Shown here in pieces: positions 41,053 to 52,921 of a DNA stretch of 64,000 nt. Origin of the DNA: Polyangiaceae bacterium (GTDB lineage: Bacteria > Myxococcota_A > Polyangia > Polyangiales > Polyangiaceae); contig JAPSGB010000003.1 of NCBI GenBank assembly GCA_035063585.1, forward strand, positions 32,001 through 96,000. Reading direction: 5' to 3'. The translations under genes and the position numbers were made by a program. Under the pieces are notes generated by a model that ran no database searches, was not told where the DNA came from, and worked only from the letters and a program-made list of their open reading frames with translations. Positions within the stretch are counted from its first letter, which is position 1. Every line of letters begins with the position of its first letter.

Positions 41053-42237
41053 ATGCCTCGCGTCTACCTGAAGCCCGGACACGTCCAGCCGGTGTGGGCC
41101 GGCCACCCGTGGATCTACGCGCAGGCGGTGGCGCGCGTGGAGGGCGGGGCGCAGCCGGGCGAGGAGGTCGAGGTGGTCGACGCGCGCGGCAACCTGCTCG
41201 GCGTCGGGCTCTACTCGCCGCGCTCGGCGATCCCGGTCCGGCTCTACGCGCGGGAGTCGGGCGCGCGCCTCGACGCGGCGCTCATCGCCGCGCGGATCCG
41301 CCGCGCCATCGAGCGGCGCCGCGCGCTCGCGCTACCCCGAGACGACACCGACGCGTTCCGCCTGCTCCACGCCGAGGGCGACGACCTGCCGGGGCTCATC
41401 GTGGATCGATACGCGGACGCGCTGGTCGTGCAATTCGGCACCGTCGGCATGAAGCGGCGCGACGGCGCCGTATTCGACGCGCTCACCCGCGAGCTCGCGC
41501 CTCGCGCGATCATCGATCGCACCTCGCCGCGGGTCGCGGAGCGGGAGGGCTTCGACGCGTCGAGCGGGGTGGTGCGCGGCGCGCTCGACGCGCTCGAGTT
41601 CGTCGAGCGCGGGCTCCGCTATCGGGTCCCGCTCGAGCTCGGACAGAAGACCGGATTTTACCTCGACCAGCGCCCGCTCCGCGCGCGCGTCGAGGAGCTC
41701 GCGCGCGGCCGGCGCGTGCTCGACACGTTCACCTACATCGGCGCGCTCGCCATGGCCGCGGCGCGCGGCGGCGCGGTCGAGGTGGAGGCGGTCGACGCGA
41801 GCGCTCCGGCGCTCGGGGTCGCCGTCGACTGCGCCGCGCGGAACGGGCTCTCCGGCAAGATCCGCTTCGAGCCCGGAGACGCGCACGAGGCGCTCGCGCG
41901 GGTCGGGCGGCGGGGCGGCGTGGAGCTCGTCATCGTCGATCCGCCCAAGCTGGCGCCGACCCGCGCTGCGCGCGCTCGCGCGGCGGGCGCCATGCGGCGG
42001 CTCGCCCGAGAGGGGTGCCGCGCGACGCGCCCCGGCGGCTTGCTCGTGCTCTGCTCGTGCTCGGCTGCGGTCGGCCTCGACGAGCTCACGCGCGCGCTCG
42101 CGCTCGGCGGCCGCGACGCCGGCACGCGCCCGGTGGTCCTCGAGCGACATTTCCAAGGGCCCGATCATCCGGTCCCGGCGGCGTTTCCGGAGGGCCTCTA
42201 CCTCACGAGCCTGATCGCCGAGGTCGCGCCGCTCTAG
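41053..42237 (+). CDS. rlmI: RlmI-like SAM-dependent rRNA m5C methyltransferase
   Basis: PUA GHPWIY, EGDDLPGLIVDRY, GQKTGFYLDQR, DPP, CSCS. Confidence 0.85.
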   Translation: MPRVYLKPGHVQPVWAGHPWIYAQAVARVEGGAQPGEEVEVVDARGNLLGVGLYSPRSAIPVRLYARESGARLDAALIAARIRRAIERRRALALPRDDTDAFRLLHAEGDDLPGLIVDRYADALVVQFGTVGMKRRDGAVFDALTRELAPRAIIDRTSPRVAEREGFDASSGVVRGALDALEFVERGLRYRVPLELGQKTGFYLDQRPLRARVEELARGRRVLDTFTYIGALAMAAARGGAVEVEAVDASAPALGVAVDCAARNGLSGKIRFEPGDAHEALARVGRRGGVELVIVDPPKLAPTRAARARAAGAMRRLAREGCRATRPGGLLVLCSCSAAVGLDELTRALALGGRDAGTRPVVLERHFQGPDHPVPAAFPEGLYLTSLIAEVAPL

Positions 42238-42264
42238 CGGTGTCGCGGCCGCGCGCCGAGGCCC

Positions 42265-42303
42265 GAATGAAGACGGGCGATCTCCCGGAGGAGATCGCCC
42301 GTC
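42265..42303 (-). terminator. Intrinsic terminator-like hairpin between convergent genes
   Basis: Perfect 14-bp stem GACGGGCGATCTCC-CGGA-GGAGATCGCCCGTC (42272-42303); TTCATTC follows on the minus strand. Confidence 0.75.
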
Positions 42304-42323
42304 GGCGTCGCGGCCGCGAAGGC

Positions 42324-43226
42324 TCAGTCATCGTATCCGGGCGGGGCCGCGAAGCGACCCGGGAAGGGGTCGGCGCTCCGCCGCCGCTCGACCTCGTCGC
42401 TCGTCCACGGGAGCCGCGTGCCCTCCTCGACGAAGCAGGCGACCCCGATCACCCCCACGTTGCGATCGTCGCCCTTCTGGGCCGCGTACGAGCCGCGGAC
42501 CGAGCCGAACCGAAACGCCGCGACCTCGTCCAGGCTCCGGCGGAAGCCCTCGATCGACACGCTCCCGTAGGGCGCGATGATATAGCCGCGCTTCTCGAAC
42601 GAGCCCGGCTGCCCGTCGATGACGTCGAGCCCATCGACGGTCGTCACCGCCTCGATGCGGCTCCGCGTGTTGTTGCGGATCTCGATGAGATAGCGGTCAC
42701 CGGCCTCGCCGACCGCGTAGGTGCGCCCGCCGCTCCGCGCGCCGCGGAGCGGGCGACCGCTCGCGTCGAGCAGGCGCACGCTGAGGGCGCCGCCGGCGAT
42801 TCGCACCGTACCGTCGTCGAGCTCCGAGAACCCGCTCTGGCGCGCCATCGCCCGCACTCCCTCCGCGTCGTTGTAGTAGAGCGCAGCCACCGCGTCCGGC
42901 GCGTCCGGGTTCATGCGGAAGAAGCTCGACGTCGACACGCGGCTGTCGCGCGTCTCGCCCCAGCTCGTGCCGAGTCCCGGGCGCTCTTCCCGAGGCCCGA
43001 CCGCCTCACCCTCGTACGCGCCGTCGGCGGAGCTCGGGGCGGAGGCTTGCGCGGATGGCGTGGCCTGACCGCGGCCGGCGGAGCTGCTCGAATCGCTCGC
43101 CGCGTACCCGGCCGGCGAAGGGCTCGCGCCGTACGAGACGGGCGCGGCGCCAGGTCGGCTCGTGCCCCCGCAGGCGGCGAAGAACAAGGTCGCGAGAATC
43201 AAGAGCCAGCGCTCGAAGTGCTTCAT
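42324..43226 (-). CDS. Conserved hypothetical lipoprotein
   Basis: GGAGG SD; FAAC lipobox; YLIEIRN...VDGLDV...GY...IEGFR...AAFRF...NVGVIGVA. Confidence 0.82.
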   Translation of the reverse strand: MKHFERWLLILATLFFAACGGTSRPGAAPVSYGASPSPAGYAASDSSSSAGRGQATPSAQASAPSSADGAYEGEAVGPREERPGLGTSWGETRDSRVSTSSFFRMNPDAPDAVAALYYNDAEGVRAMARQSGFSELDDGTVRIAGGALSVRLLDASGRPLRGARSGGRTYAVGEAGDRYLIEIRNNTRSRIEAVTTVDGLDVIDGQPGSFEKRGYIIAPYGSVSIEGFRRSLDEVAAFRFGSVRGSYAAQKGDDRNVGVIGVACFVEEGTRLPWTSDEVERRRSADPFPGRFAAPPGYDD

Positions 43227-43425
43227 GGTTCGTCCTCCGTTCGGTCCCACGGGAGGGGAACGGTCCCGCCGCGCGCGCCTTACAGCGCCCAGAGCCGGCC
43301 AGCTCGTCGGGCGTCGATTACCAGTCGACTGACAAATATCTAATGGTTTCGCGCTCGACGGCGTCTCCGGCCATCCGGCGAGGTGAGCACCCGCTGAATT
43401 CTCCGGGATCACTGTTACTCGACGC

Positions 43426-43468
43426 TTGCGCTTCGCCCTCCCATCATTCATTATCGGTCGAATGATAA
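43426..43468 (+). promoter_or_regulatory. Leaderless sigma70 promoter overlapped by a candidate TetR operator
   Basis: TTGCGC-17-CATTAT-7-ATG; inverted repeats ATCATTC-N10-GAATGAT (43443-43466) and TTATC-N8-GATAA (43451-43468). Confidence 0.65.
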
Positions 43469-44456
43469 AGAAATGGCGCGCCGGAGCATGGGTCGCGGTC
43501 TCACTGGCGCTGGCGGCCTGCGAGCAGTCGGCAGAGCCTCCTCCCGGCTACCAGGGACTCGTGGAGTTCGACGAGCGGGTGCTCGCCTTCGAGATGGGCG
43601 GGCGTATCGAGTCGCTGACCGCGACGCGCGGTCAGCCGCTCGCCGTAAATGAGGTCATCGCCTCGCTCGACGATGGCATGGAGCGAACCGCGCGCTCCGC
43701 GCGCGCGGAGGATGCCGACGCCATGCACGCGCAGGTCGCGCTCCTCGAGGCGGGCGCACGCCGCCAAGACCTCCGCGCGCTCTCCGCGCAGATCCGCGCT
43801 GCGCGAGCCAGCGAGGCGCTGCTAGAGAAGAACCTCGAGCGCGAACGCGCGCTCAAGGAGCAGGGCGTCTCGACCGGCGCGGCGGTAGACGAGCTCGATG
43901 CGCGCTGGCGAGCCGCGGTCGCCGAGCGCGAGGCGCTCGAGCACCGGCGAAGCGCCCTGGCGAGCGGGGCGCGGCCCGAGGAGCTCGACACCGCCCGGGC
44001 GCGCGCCGGGTCGGCGGACCAGGCCGTGAAGCTCGCCGACGAGCGGCTCGAGCGCTACTCGCTCCGCGCGCGCCATCCGGGGACCGTGCTCGACGTCCAC
44101 GTCGAGGCAGGCGAGGTCGTCGCGCCCGGCGCGCCCATCGTCACCGTGGCGGACATCGCGCACCCCTACGCCGACGTGTTCGTTCCCGAGGGGCGCCTCG
44201 ACGGCGTGAAGGTCGGCGCGAAGGCGTCGCTGCGCGTGGACGCGACGCCGCAGCCCTTCTCGGGTCACGTCGAAGACGTGTCGCGTCGCGCCGAGTTCAC
44301 GCCCCGCTTCGTGTTCAGTGAGCGTGAGCGCCCGAACCTCGTGCTCCGCGTGCGAGTCCGCATCGACGATCCGGAGCACCGGCTCCACGCCGGGGTCCCC
44401 GCCTTCGTGCAGCTCGCGCCGGCGACCGGCGCGCAGTCTGAGCTAGCAGGCGCAAA

Positions 44457-44460
<4 letters not shown>
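43462..44460 (+). CDS. YbhG/HlyD-family membrane fusion lipoprotein
   Basis: LAAC lipobox; coiled hairpin; VEAGEVVAPGAPI; AEFTPR. Confidence 0.88.
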
Positions 44461-45427
<967 letters not shown>

Positions 45428-45431
<4 letters not shown>

Positions 45432-46555
45432 GCCTGCGTGTCCTGGTCATCGCCTGGAAGGAGCTCCTCCAGCTCCGGCGGGATCGCCTCACCCTGTCGA
45501 TGATGGTGTTGCTCCCGCTCATCCAGCTCCTCCTCTTCGGCTACGCGATCAACAACGACGTTCGTCACGTCCCGACCGTCGTGTTCGACCAAGATCGCAG
45601 CGCCGAGTCGCGCGACCTCTGGCGCAGCATGGAGATCACTACCTTCTATGACGTGCTCGGCGAGGTGCGGAGCTACGACGAGATCGCGCGCGCCCTCCGC
45701 TCGGGAAAGGCCAAGGCCGCGCTGGTCGTCTCGCCGGATTACGCCTCGAACCTCCGGCGTGGCCGGACCGCAACCGTGCAGCTCGTGGTGGACGGCACCG
45801 ATCCGCAGTCGGTCGCGAGCGCGACGAGCACGCTCGCCTCGCTGGTGAGCGCGCGGTCGGCGAGGCTCTCCACCGCGCGGCTCGAGGCGAAGGGGGGTGT
45901 CACCGGGACGACGCCGATCGAGCTCCGCGAGAACACCTGGTATAATCCCGACCTCCGCACCGCGGTCTACATCGTCCCCGGGATCGTCGGGGTGATCCTG
46001 ACCATGACCATGGTGATGCTCACCTCGATGGCCATCGCGCGTGAGCGCGAGCGGGGGACGCTCGAGCAGCTCATCGTCTCACCCGTGAAGCAGCTCGAGC
46101 TGGTCATCGGGAAAATAGCCCCGTACGTCGTCATCGGCTATGTCCAGATGACGCTCATCCTCCTGGTCGGGCAGGTCGTGTTCTCGGTGCCCTTCGTCGG
46201 CTCGCCGCTCTTGCTCTACGGGCTCGCGTTCTTGTTCATCTCGGCGAACCTCGCGCTCGGGCTCTTCTTCTCTACGCTCGCGAAGACGCAGCAGCAGGCG
46301 ATGCAGATGTCGTTCTTCTTCCTCCTGCCGAACGTGCTCCTCAGCGGATTCGCGTTCCCCTTCGAGGGGATGCCCCGCTTCGCCCAGTATATCGCGCAGC
46401 TCCTCCCGCTCACCCACTTCCTCCGTATCCTCCGCGGCATCGTGCTCAAGGGGGCCGACTTCCGCGACCTCGCCCCGGAGCTCCTCTGGCTCGTCGCGCT
46501 GCTGGTCGCGTGGGTGCTCCTCAGTTCGCTTCGCTTCTCGAAGAAACTCGAATAG
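45428..46555 (+). CDS. ABC-2 exporter permease (YbhR/S-like)
   Basis: [35 protein letters not shown]. Confidence 0.92.
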
Positions 46556-46558
46556 CTC

Positions 46559-47176
46559 ATGGCCCGCCCGAAGAGTGACATTCAGTCTCGGATCGTCGAC
46601 GCGGCGCGAACGCGCTTTCTCTCCGATGGCGTCGATGGCGCCTCGCTCCGCCGCATCGCGCGCGGCGCGAAGACCAGCATCGGGATGATCTACTACTACT
46701 ACCCGACCAAGGATGATCTCTTCCTCGCCGTGGTAGAGGAGATCTACGTCGGGCTCCTCGCCGACATGGAAGCGGCGCTCACCGCGGACGCGCCGGTACG
46801 CGAGCGGATCCGGCGCCTCTTCGTGCGGATCGGCTCACTGAGCGAGGTCGAGCTCTCGGTGGTGAAGCTCATCGTGCGCGAGGCCCTGGTCTCGTCCGTG
46901 CGGCTCGAGCGGTTGGCGCTGCGCTTCCAGCGGGGTCACTTGCCGCTCCTGCTCGCGACCATCCGTGACGGATTCGCGAGCGGCGCCATGAACCCGGCGC
47001 TCCACCCGGCGCTCGCGTTCATGGCCATGCTCTCGCTCGGCGTCACGCCGCAGGTCGTACGCCGCCTCGGCGTGAAGCTCCCGTTGCCGGGCGTCCCCGA
47101 GGGTGAGGATTTGTCGAATGATCTGGTCGAGCTCTTGTTCCACGGGATTTCGAACCCGAACCGCTCGGATGCCTAG
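46559..47176 (+). CDS. TetR/AcrR-family regulator
   Basis: ASLRRIARGAKTSIGMIYYYYPTKDDL HTH. Confidence 0.9.
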   Translation: MARPKSDIQSRIVDAARTRFLSDGVDGASLRRIARGAKTSIGMIYYYYPTKDDLFLAVVEEIYVGLLADMEAALTADAPVRERIRRLFVRIGSLSEVELSVVKLIVREALVSSVRLERLALRFQRGHLPLLLATIRDGFASGAMNPALHPALAFMAMLSLGVTPQVVRRLGVKLPLPGVPEGEDLSNDLVELLFHGISNPNRSDA

Positions 47177-47194
47177 CCCGCCCTGGAGGATCGC

Positions 47195-48673
47195 ATGCGT
47201 CACCCTCTTCTTGCCCCGCTCTTCATCGCCGCGCTCTTCGCTCCGGCGCGGCTCCACGCCGAGGCCGCCGCGCCCGGTTCCGCGCCGGCTCGACCAGCCC
47301 CTCCCACCATCGAAGACAGCCTCCGCCGCGAGCTCGGCCGCGCGGGTGGGCTCACCAGCGACCAGGTAGCGGCTCGCGCCGCGGTGACCAGCTTCGATGT
47401 TCGCGCGCGAGAGAAGGAGGTGAGCGAGCGGGCGTCCGAGATGGACAAGGCTCTGGTCGGCTGGTTCCCGCGGCTCACCCTCACCGCGCGCTACACGAGG
47501 CTCTCGCCCATCACGGCGACCGGCTTCGGCCCCTCCGACGCGAACCTGGTGGGCACGCCGGCCGGGGAGGGGCCGCTACCGCCGGGCGCGCCGCTCATCG
47601 GCGTCCCGGCGAGCGCGATGTCGTTCCCGGTGATCTTGAACCAGTATGCGCTCCAGGCGGCGCTCGTGGTGCCCGTCTCGGATTATCTCCTCCGCACCAG
47701 CCAGAGCTACGCCGCCGCGTCGCGCTCGCGGCGCGCCGCGGAGCTCAACGCGCGCGCGGCTCGACTCGGCGCGGCGCTCTCGGGACGCGTGGTCTATTAC
47801 GGCTGGGCGCGCGCGGTCTTGCAGCGCATCGTGGCTGAGCGCACGCTCGCGCAGTCGAACGCGCACCTCGACGCGGCCCGCGCCGCCTTCGACGCCGAGC
47901 GCGTGTCCCGCGCGGACGTGCTGCGCGCCGAGTCGCAAGCAGCGAGCAGTGAGCTGTTGGTCGAGCGCGCCGGGAACCTGGTCGAGGTCGCGACCGAGCA
48001 GCTTCGCACCGTGATGCACGATGAGTCCGGACGCCGCTACGAGATCGGTGAGGCTCTCCTCGAGCCGATGCCTCGGCTCCGGGCCGGCGAGTTCCCGCGG
48101 CTCTACCAGGAGGCGCTCGCGAAGCGCCTCGAGATCCGCGCGCTCGACGAGACGGCGTGGTCGCTTCGCGAGCAGCGACGCGCGGTGAGCGCCGGGAACT
48201 ACCCGCGCCTCGACGCCTTCGCCGACGCCGCCTACGCGAACCCGAACCAGCGCTACGTCCCGCAGGAGGAGCGCTGGCGCGCGACCTGGGACGTCGGGCT
48301 CCAGGTCACCTGGACGCCGAACGAGCTCGGCACCTCGCGCGCCGCCGCGAGCGCGCTCGACGCGCAGGTGAGCCGGCTCGAGGCCGAGAAGGCGGCGCTC
48401 CGGGACGCGCTGCGGTCCGAGGTGATGCAGTCGTATCAGGACGTACGGAGCGCGCAGGTCGCGGTCGACACCACGCGGCGGGGCCTCGACGCCGCCGAGG
48501 AGGGCTACCGCGTGCGCGCCGAGCAGTACAAGTACGGTCGCGCGACCAACCTCGAGCTCATCGACGCCGAGGCCGAGCTCTTGCGCGCGCGCCTCGAGCT
48601 CATCGGCGCGCATCTCGAGCTCCGGATCGCGCGCGCCAAGCTCGAGCACGCAGTGGGCCGTGACGTGAAATAG
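47195..48673 (+). CDS. TolC-family outer-membrane efflux protein
   Basis: Signal peptide; duplicated PRL motifs; YKYGRATNLELIDAE; last gene of the efflux operon. Confidence 0.88.
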   Translation: MRHPLLAPLFIAALFAPARLHAEAAAPGSAPARPAPPTIEDSLRRELGRAGGLTSDQVAARAAVTSFDVRAREKEVSERASEMDKALVGWFPRLTLTARYTRLSPITATGFGPSDANLVGTPAGEGPLPPGAPLIGVPASAMSFPVILNQYALQAALVVPVSDYLLRTSQSYAAASRSRRAAELNARAARLGAALSGRVVYYGWARAVLQRIVAERTLAQSNAHLDAARAAFDAERVSRADVLRAESQAASSELLVERAGNLVEVATEQLRTVMHDESGRRYEIGEALLEPMPRLRAGEFPRLYQEALAKRLEIRALDETAWSLREQRRAVSAGNYPRLDAFADAAYANPNQRYVPQEERWRATWDVGLQVTWTPNELGTSRAAASALDAQVSRLEAEKAALRDALRSEVMQSYQDVRSAQVAVDTTRRGLDAAEEGYRVRAEQYKYGRATNLELIDAEAELLRARLELIGAHLELRIARAKLEHAVGRDVK

Positions 48674-49720
48674 CTACCCGGCGCCGACGCGCGCGAGCCA
48701 CGCGCGCAGGATCCGTCGCCCCTCGTCGAGCGCGGGGAGCAGCGTCCACTCGTTGCGCTGGTGCGCCTGTGCCTGCGTGCCCGGGCCGAAATTCACCGCC
48801 GGGATCCCGAGCGCCGCGAAGCGCGCGACGTCCGTCCAGCCCGTCTTCGGCTCGACCGCGAGGGCCCCGCTCTCGACCAGCGCCTGGACCAGCGGGTGAG
48901 CGCGAAACGGTGGCGCGGGCGGCGCGAGATCGACCACCTCGACCTCGGCGTCGTCACCCACCAGCTCGCGCACCACGCGCTCGGCCTCGGCCGGCGACAG
49001 ATCGGGGCCGAAGCGGTGGTTCAGGTTGAGCTCGAAGAGGTCGGGCACCACGTTCTTGGCGCGCCCTCCGCTCGCCAGCGTCGCGCTGACGACCCGCTTC
49101 CACTCGAGGCCGTCGATCCTACTCGAGCTCGGCTCGAGCGCGCCGAGCCGCGCGAGCAGCGGCGCCGCCTTGTGGATGGCGTTCTCGCCTTGCCACGGGC
49201 GCGCGCTGTGCGCGGTGCGCCCGTGGAAGCTCACCTTCGCGTGGAGCGAGCCGCCGCACCCGAGCTGGAGCTTGTTGTCGCTCGGCTCGAGCGCGACCGC
49301 GACGTCCACCTGCGCGAGCTCGGGATCCGCAGCGAGCACCGGCCCGAGCTCGTTCTCGTCGAACGGCCCCTCCTCGCGCGCGTAGAAGACCAGCGTGAGG
49401 TCGCTGCCGTCGGGCGGAGCTTCGGCGACGTCCAGCATCAGCGCGAGCCCGCTCTTCATGTCAGCCGCGCCGGCGCCGTAGAGGCGCTCACCCTCGATGC
49501 GCGGCGGCGCGTCGTGGACGGTGCGTACGGTGTCGAGGTGGCCGGCGAGCGCGACCTTCGGCCCGCCGCTCCCGCGCCGAACCGGCACCACCAGCGAGTT
49601 GCCGTAGCGGCGTAGGGGATAGCGCGCGAGCCGCGCCGCGATCGTGTCGCAGAGCTCACCCTCCTCGCCGATGGGGGAGGCGATGCGGCAGAGGGAGAGG
49701 AGCGTCTCGGCGAGGTTCAT
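48674..49720 (-). CDS. dapE: Succinyl-diaminopimelate desuccinylase
   Basis: GHLDTV, GAADMK, EE, AHSARPW, GWTDVARF, QAH; downstream of dapD. Confidence 0.88.
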   Translation of the reverse strand: MNLAETLLSLCRIASPIGEEGELCDTIAARLARYPLRRYGNSLVVPVRRGSGGPKVALAGHLDTVRTVHDAPPRIEGERLYGAGAADMKSGLALMLDVAEAPPDGSDLTLVFYAREEGPFDENELGPVLAADPELAQVDVAVALEPSDNKLQLGCGGSLHAKVSFHGRTAHSARPWQGENAIHKAAPLLARLGALEPSSSRIDGLEWKRVVSATLASGGRAKNVVPDLFELNLNHRFGPDLSPAEAERVVRELVGDDAEVEVVDLAPPAPPFRAHPLVQALVESGALAVEPKTGWTDVARFAALGIPAVNFGPGTQAQAHQRNEWTLLPALDEGRRILRAWLARVGAG

Positions 49721-49784
49721 CGCGGGGATGATAGACAAGTTCCGGGAGGGATGGCGGCTCGGCGCGGCCGGCGGCGCGCTCGCG

Positions 49785-50609
49785 CTAGACGGCCACGCCG
49801 AAGTCGCGGAGCGCAGCGTTGAGGCTCGTCTTCTTGTCGGTACTCTCCTTGCGCTCGCCGATGATGAGCGCACAGGGGACGCCGTACTCTCCGGCCGGGA
49901 AGCGCTTCGGCCGCGTCCCGCTGATGACCACGCTGCGCGCGGGCACGCGGCCCCGATACTCGACGGGCTCGCTCCCGGTGACGTCGATGATGGGCGTCGA
50001 GGAGGTGAGGATGACGCCGGCGCCGATCACCGCCTCGCGCTCGACGAGCACTCCCTCTACCACGATGGCGCGTGAGCCGATGAAGCAGCCGTCTTCGATG
50101 ATGACCGGACGCGCGCCGACCGGCTCGAGCACGCCGCCGATGCCGACCCCGCCCGAGAGGTGCACGTGCTGGCCGATCTGCGCGCACGAGCCAACCGTCG
50201 CCCAGGTGTCCACCATGGTCCCCGCGCCGACTCGCGCGCCGATGTTGACGTAGCCCGGCATGACCACGACGCCTCGCTCGAGGTGCGCGCCGTAGCGCAC
50301 CGCTCCCGGCGGGACCACCCGCACGCCCGCCTCGGCGAGGCCGCGCTTCAGCGGGATCTTGTCGTGGAATTCGAGCGGGCCCGCCTCCAGGACTTCCATC
50401 TGCATCACGCCGAAGTAGAGGAGCACGGCCTCCTTCACCCAGGCGTGTGTGGTCCAGCTCCCCGGCGCGTCTTGCGACGCCACCCGGAGCTCACCGCGAT
50501 CGAGCCGCGCGATCGCCTCGAGCACGGCCGCCGCGTGTTCGGCGTGCCCGAGCAACGCGCGATCTTCGAACGCCGCCGTGATGGCGCGCTCCAGCTCTTC
50601 GTGCGTCAT
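49785..50609 (-). CDS. dapD: Tetrahydrodipicolinate N-succinyltransferase (alternative GTG at 50612)
   Basis: WVKEAVLLYF, DKIPLK, DTWATVGSCAQIG, SGGVGIGGVLEP. Confidence 0.95.
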   Translation of the reverse strand: MTHEELERAITAAFEDRALLGHAEHAAAVLEAIARLDRGELRVASQDAPGSWTTHAWVKEAVLLYFGVMQMEVLEAGPLEFHDKIPLKRGLAEAGVRVVPPGAVRYGAHLERGVVVMPGYVNIGARVGAGTMVDTWATVGSCAQIGQHVHLSGGVGIGGVLEPVGARPVIIEDGCFIGSRAIVVEGVLVEREAVIGAGVILTSSTPIIDVTGSEPVEYRGRVPARSVVISGTRPKRFPAGEYGVPCALIIGERKESTDKKTSLNAALRDFGVAV

Positions 50610-50905
50610 CACGGCTCAATAGCGAGGGCGGAGGAGGGTCGCAAGGGCGAAGGCTCGCCTCCCGCTTCGGCCAGAAGCGGGCGGCATCGACTCGGTCGTC
50701 TCGCTGAGCGTCGTCGACGCACGGTGCGGCTCGCGACGAAGCGCGGCAGGCGGCCGTGAGGACGGTGCTCCCTGGTAGGCGGCGAAGACGCGACGGACCG
50801 GACCGCGGGAGGGTGTGCGCGGGGTCGCCAGCGCCGCGGCCGCATCAGCGAGCCGCGTGCCAGTCCGAGCTGGCGCGAGCGCGCCAACCCTGCCAGCCTC
50901 TGCGA

Positions 50906-51778
50906 GTGACGGCTCGCTGCCTCGTGTCGCTCTGGGTGCTGGGCGTCGCGTGCAGTCGAAGCGGAGCCCTCGAAGACGCGGGCGCGGCGGCTTCGACGGC
51001 GTCGGTGCCGGCGCCCGCTGCCGAGGCAGGCGCGCCGGCGGCGCCCGCCGGGCGGGTGCCGGTGGATTCGCCCGCGCTGGTGGGCACCTTGGTCGAGAAC
51101 GAGCGCTACAGCGTGACGCACCCCTCGGAGTACTGCCTGGACGACGGCTTCGTGTACGCGGGCGCGCCGGCGCGCGTCGGCACGCTGAACGTGTTCACCA
51201 CGGCCGCCGTGGCCCCGCTCGACGGCACCACGGTGCTCGCCCGCGGCACCCGCGAGCCGTCGCTTCTGGCTGCGCTCGAGCAGCGAGGCGCGTGCGCCGC
51301 GGATTATGGCGACGAGCGGCGCGAGATGCCGCAGATGCGCGGCGACTGGGTGAGCCCCGAGGGGGGCTTCCGCACGACCCGCCGGAAGCTGGAAGGGCTC
51401 GCGGGCTTCCGCGCTCGCAGCGTGACCGCGCTCCACCTGGGAGGCGAGATCTCACGAGACGGCGACACGGTGGTCGTCGAGCTCGTCAACCCGTTTGCGG
51501 CGTCCCTCGACGCGATTGGCGCCTTCGCGCGCTACGAGGGGGGACCGGGCAAGCCCATGCCGCTCCGCGAGCGGCTCACGCTCTCGTTGCCACCCGGAGG
51601 CCGGCAGCGCCTCGAGCTCTCGACCGAGATCGAGGCCGGGTCCGCGGGCGCAGCCACGAGCGCGGCCCGCGGCCGCTACCAGCTCGATTCCGTCGAGCTC
51701 ACCGGACGTGTCGGCCAGGTCGAGCTCGACGTTCGCATCGGCGTCGGCTCGAGGCGGCGGCAGGGGGGCGCGCGGTGA
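50906..51778 (+). CDS. Hypothetical lipoprotein (start uncertain)
   Basis: VLGVAC lipobox-like signal after the GTG at 50906; coding-like composition. Confidence 0.6.
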   Translation: MTARCLVSLWVLGVACSRSGALEDAGAAASTASVPAPAAEAGAPAAPAGRVPVDSPALVGTLVENERYSVTHPSEYCLDDGFVYAGAPARVGTLNVFTTAAVAPLDGTTVLARGTREPSLLAALEQRGACAADYGDERREMPQMRGDWVSPEGGFRTTRRKLEGLAGFRARSVTALHLGGEISRDGDTVVVELVNPFAASLDAIGAFARYEGGPGKPMPLRERLTLSLPPGGRQRLELSTEIEAGSAGAATSAARGRYQLDSVELTGRVGQVELDVRIGVGSRRRQGGAR

Positions 51779-51946
51779 GTGTCTCGTCGAGCTCCCGGGC
51801 GCGCGCCATCGGGCGCACGCTCACCGGCGCGGCTCTCGAGCGCCTCACTGCTCCTTGGTCACGCGACCGATCGTGCCGTGCCCCGTGCCGTCGGCTTGGG
51901 AGTGGGCGCCGGCGTGGTGGTCCGGGTTCGCTAGCGCACGCGTAAG

Positions 51947-52921
51947 ATGCTCCGCGGCCGGCCCGTTATTCCCGAAGCCTTGGGAGTCACACGCCCTCTC
52001 CACTCGATCGGCGGCGAGCTGTGTCGTCCGGCGCCGCTGGCCGCGCTCGCGGTGCTGGCGTTCAACGACCACGTGCTGAAAGGCGCCGGGCCGTTGCCCG
52101 GGGCGCTGACCGGTAAGCTCAGCGACTTCGCGGGTCTGTTCTTGTTCCCGGTGCTGCTCTTCGTGCTCTTGCGGGTGTGCACCTCGAGCTCGCGGCAGCG
52201 ACTCGCGTGGGCCAGCGCGGGGCTCACGGCGCTGGGGTTCGCCGGAGTCAAGACCCACCCGGACATCAACACGCTGGTGTCCGCGATCTGGGGCCCCATG
52301 CTGCTCGATCCAACCGATCTGGTCGCGCTGCCGATGGTGGCCTGGGCGGCGTGCTGGCTGCGGCGTGAGCCGCCCGTCGCGTCTCGGCCGGCGCGCCTCG
52401 TGGCGCTGATGGCCACCTCGCTCGCCTGCGGGGCAACCTCGCGCCCGCCGATGCATCGCGCCTATCCCGAGTGGAGGCTCGAGAGCGTGGGCGCCAGGCA
52501 GCTCGGATGCGCGCGCATCGAGCCGTGGATCTCGAAGTCGGGAAAGGAGGGGTTCGGACTGAGCATCATGGCTCGGACCGCCCAAGCGGGCGATTGCCGC
52601 GTGGAGGTCGTCTCGGCCGAAGCCCAGATCGACGGCGCTCGGTTCGCGGCAGAGCGCACCGTGCCCCTCGAGCTCGGCCACGACGATCGCTTCCTCTACG
52701 TGCCATTCGTCTTCGACAACCAGGCAAAGTGGAACGCCGGCGAGCGCACCGGCACGCTGACGGTGAGCCTGCGCTTCAATGGGCAGGTCATCGAGACCTT
52801 GCGCGTCCCGATGCGGCACGTGTTCGACGCGCCCCACCGTCGTGAGACGGGTCGCGCGCCGCTCGAGCCGGCTCGCCCACCGCTGGTGATGGCCGAGCCC
52901 GACGCCGGAGGTGGTCCGTGA
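51947..52921 (+). CDS. Hypothetical protein: membrane domain fused to a soluble beta-rich domain
   Basis: NDHVLK...TGKLSDFAGL...DPTDL hydrophobic region, then LACGATS and a beta-rich tail; start uncertain. Confidence 0.7.
   Translation: MLRGRPVIPEALGVTRPLHSIGGELCRPAPLAALAVLAFNDHVLKGAGPLPGALTGKLSDFAGLFLFPVLLFVLLRVCTSSSRQRLAWASAGLTALGFAGVKTHPDINTLVSAIWGPMLLDPTDLVALPMVAWAACWLRREPPVASRPARLVALMATSLACGATSRPPMHRAYPEWRLESVGARQLGCARIEPWISKSGKEGFGLSIMARTAQAGDCRVEVVSAEAQIDGARFAAERTVPLELGHDDRFLYVPFVFDNQAKWNAGERTGTLTVSLRFNGQVIETLRVPMRHVFDAPHRRETGRAPLEPARPPLVMAEPDAGGGP

Noticed and set aside
51775..51945. 56-codon ORF overlapping the stop of the 50906 gene
   Set aside because: No motif and non-coding-like composition; cannot be supported
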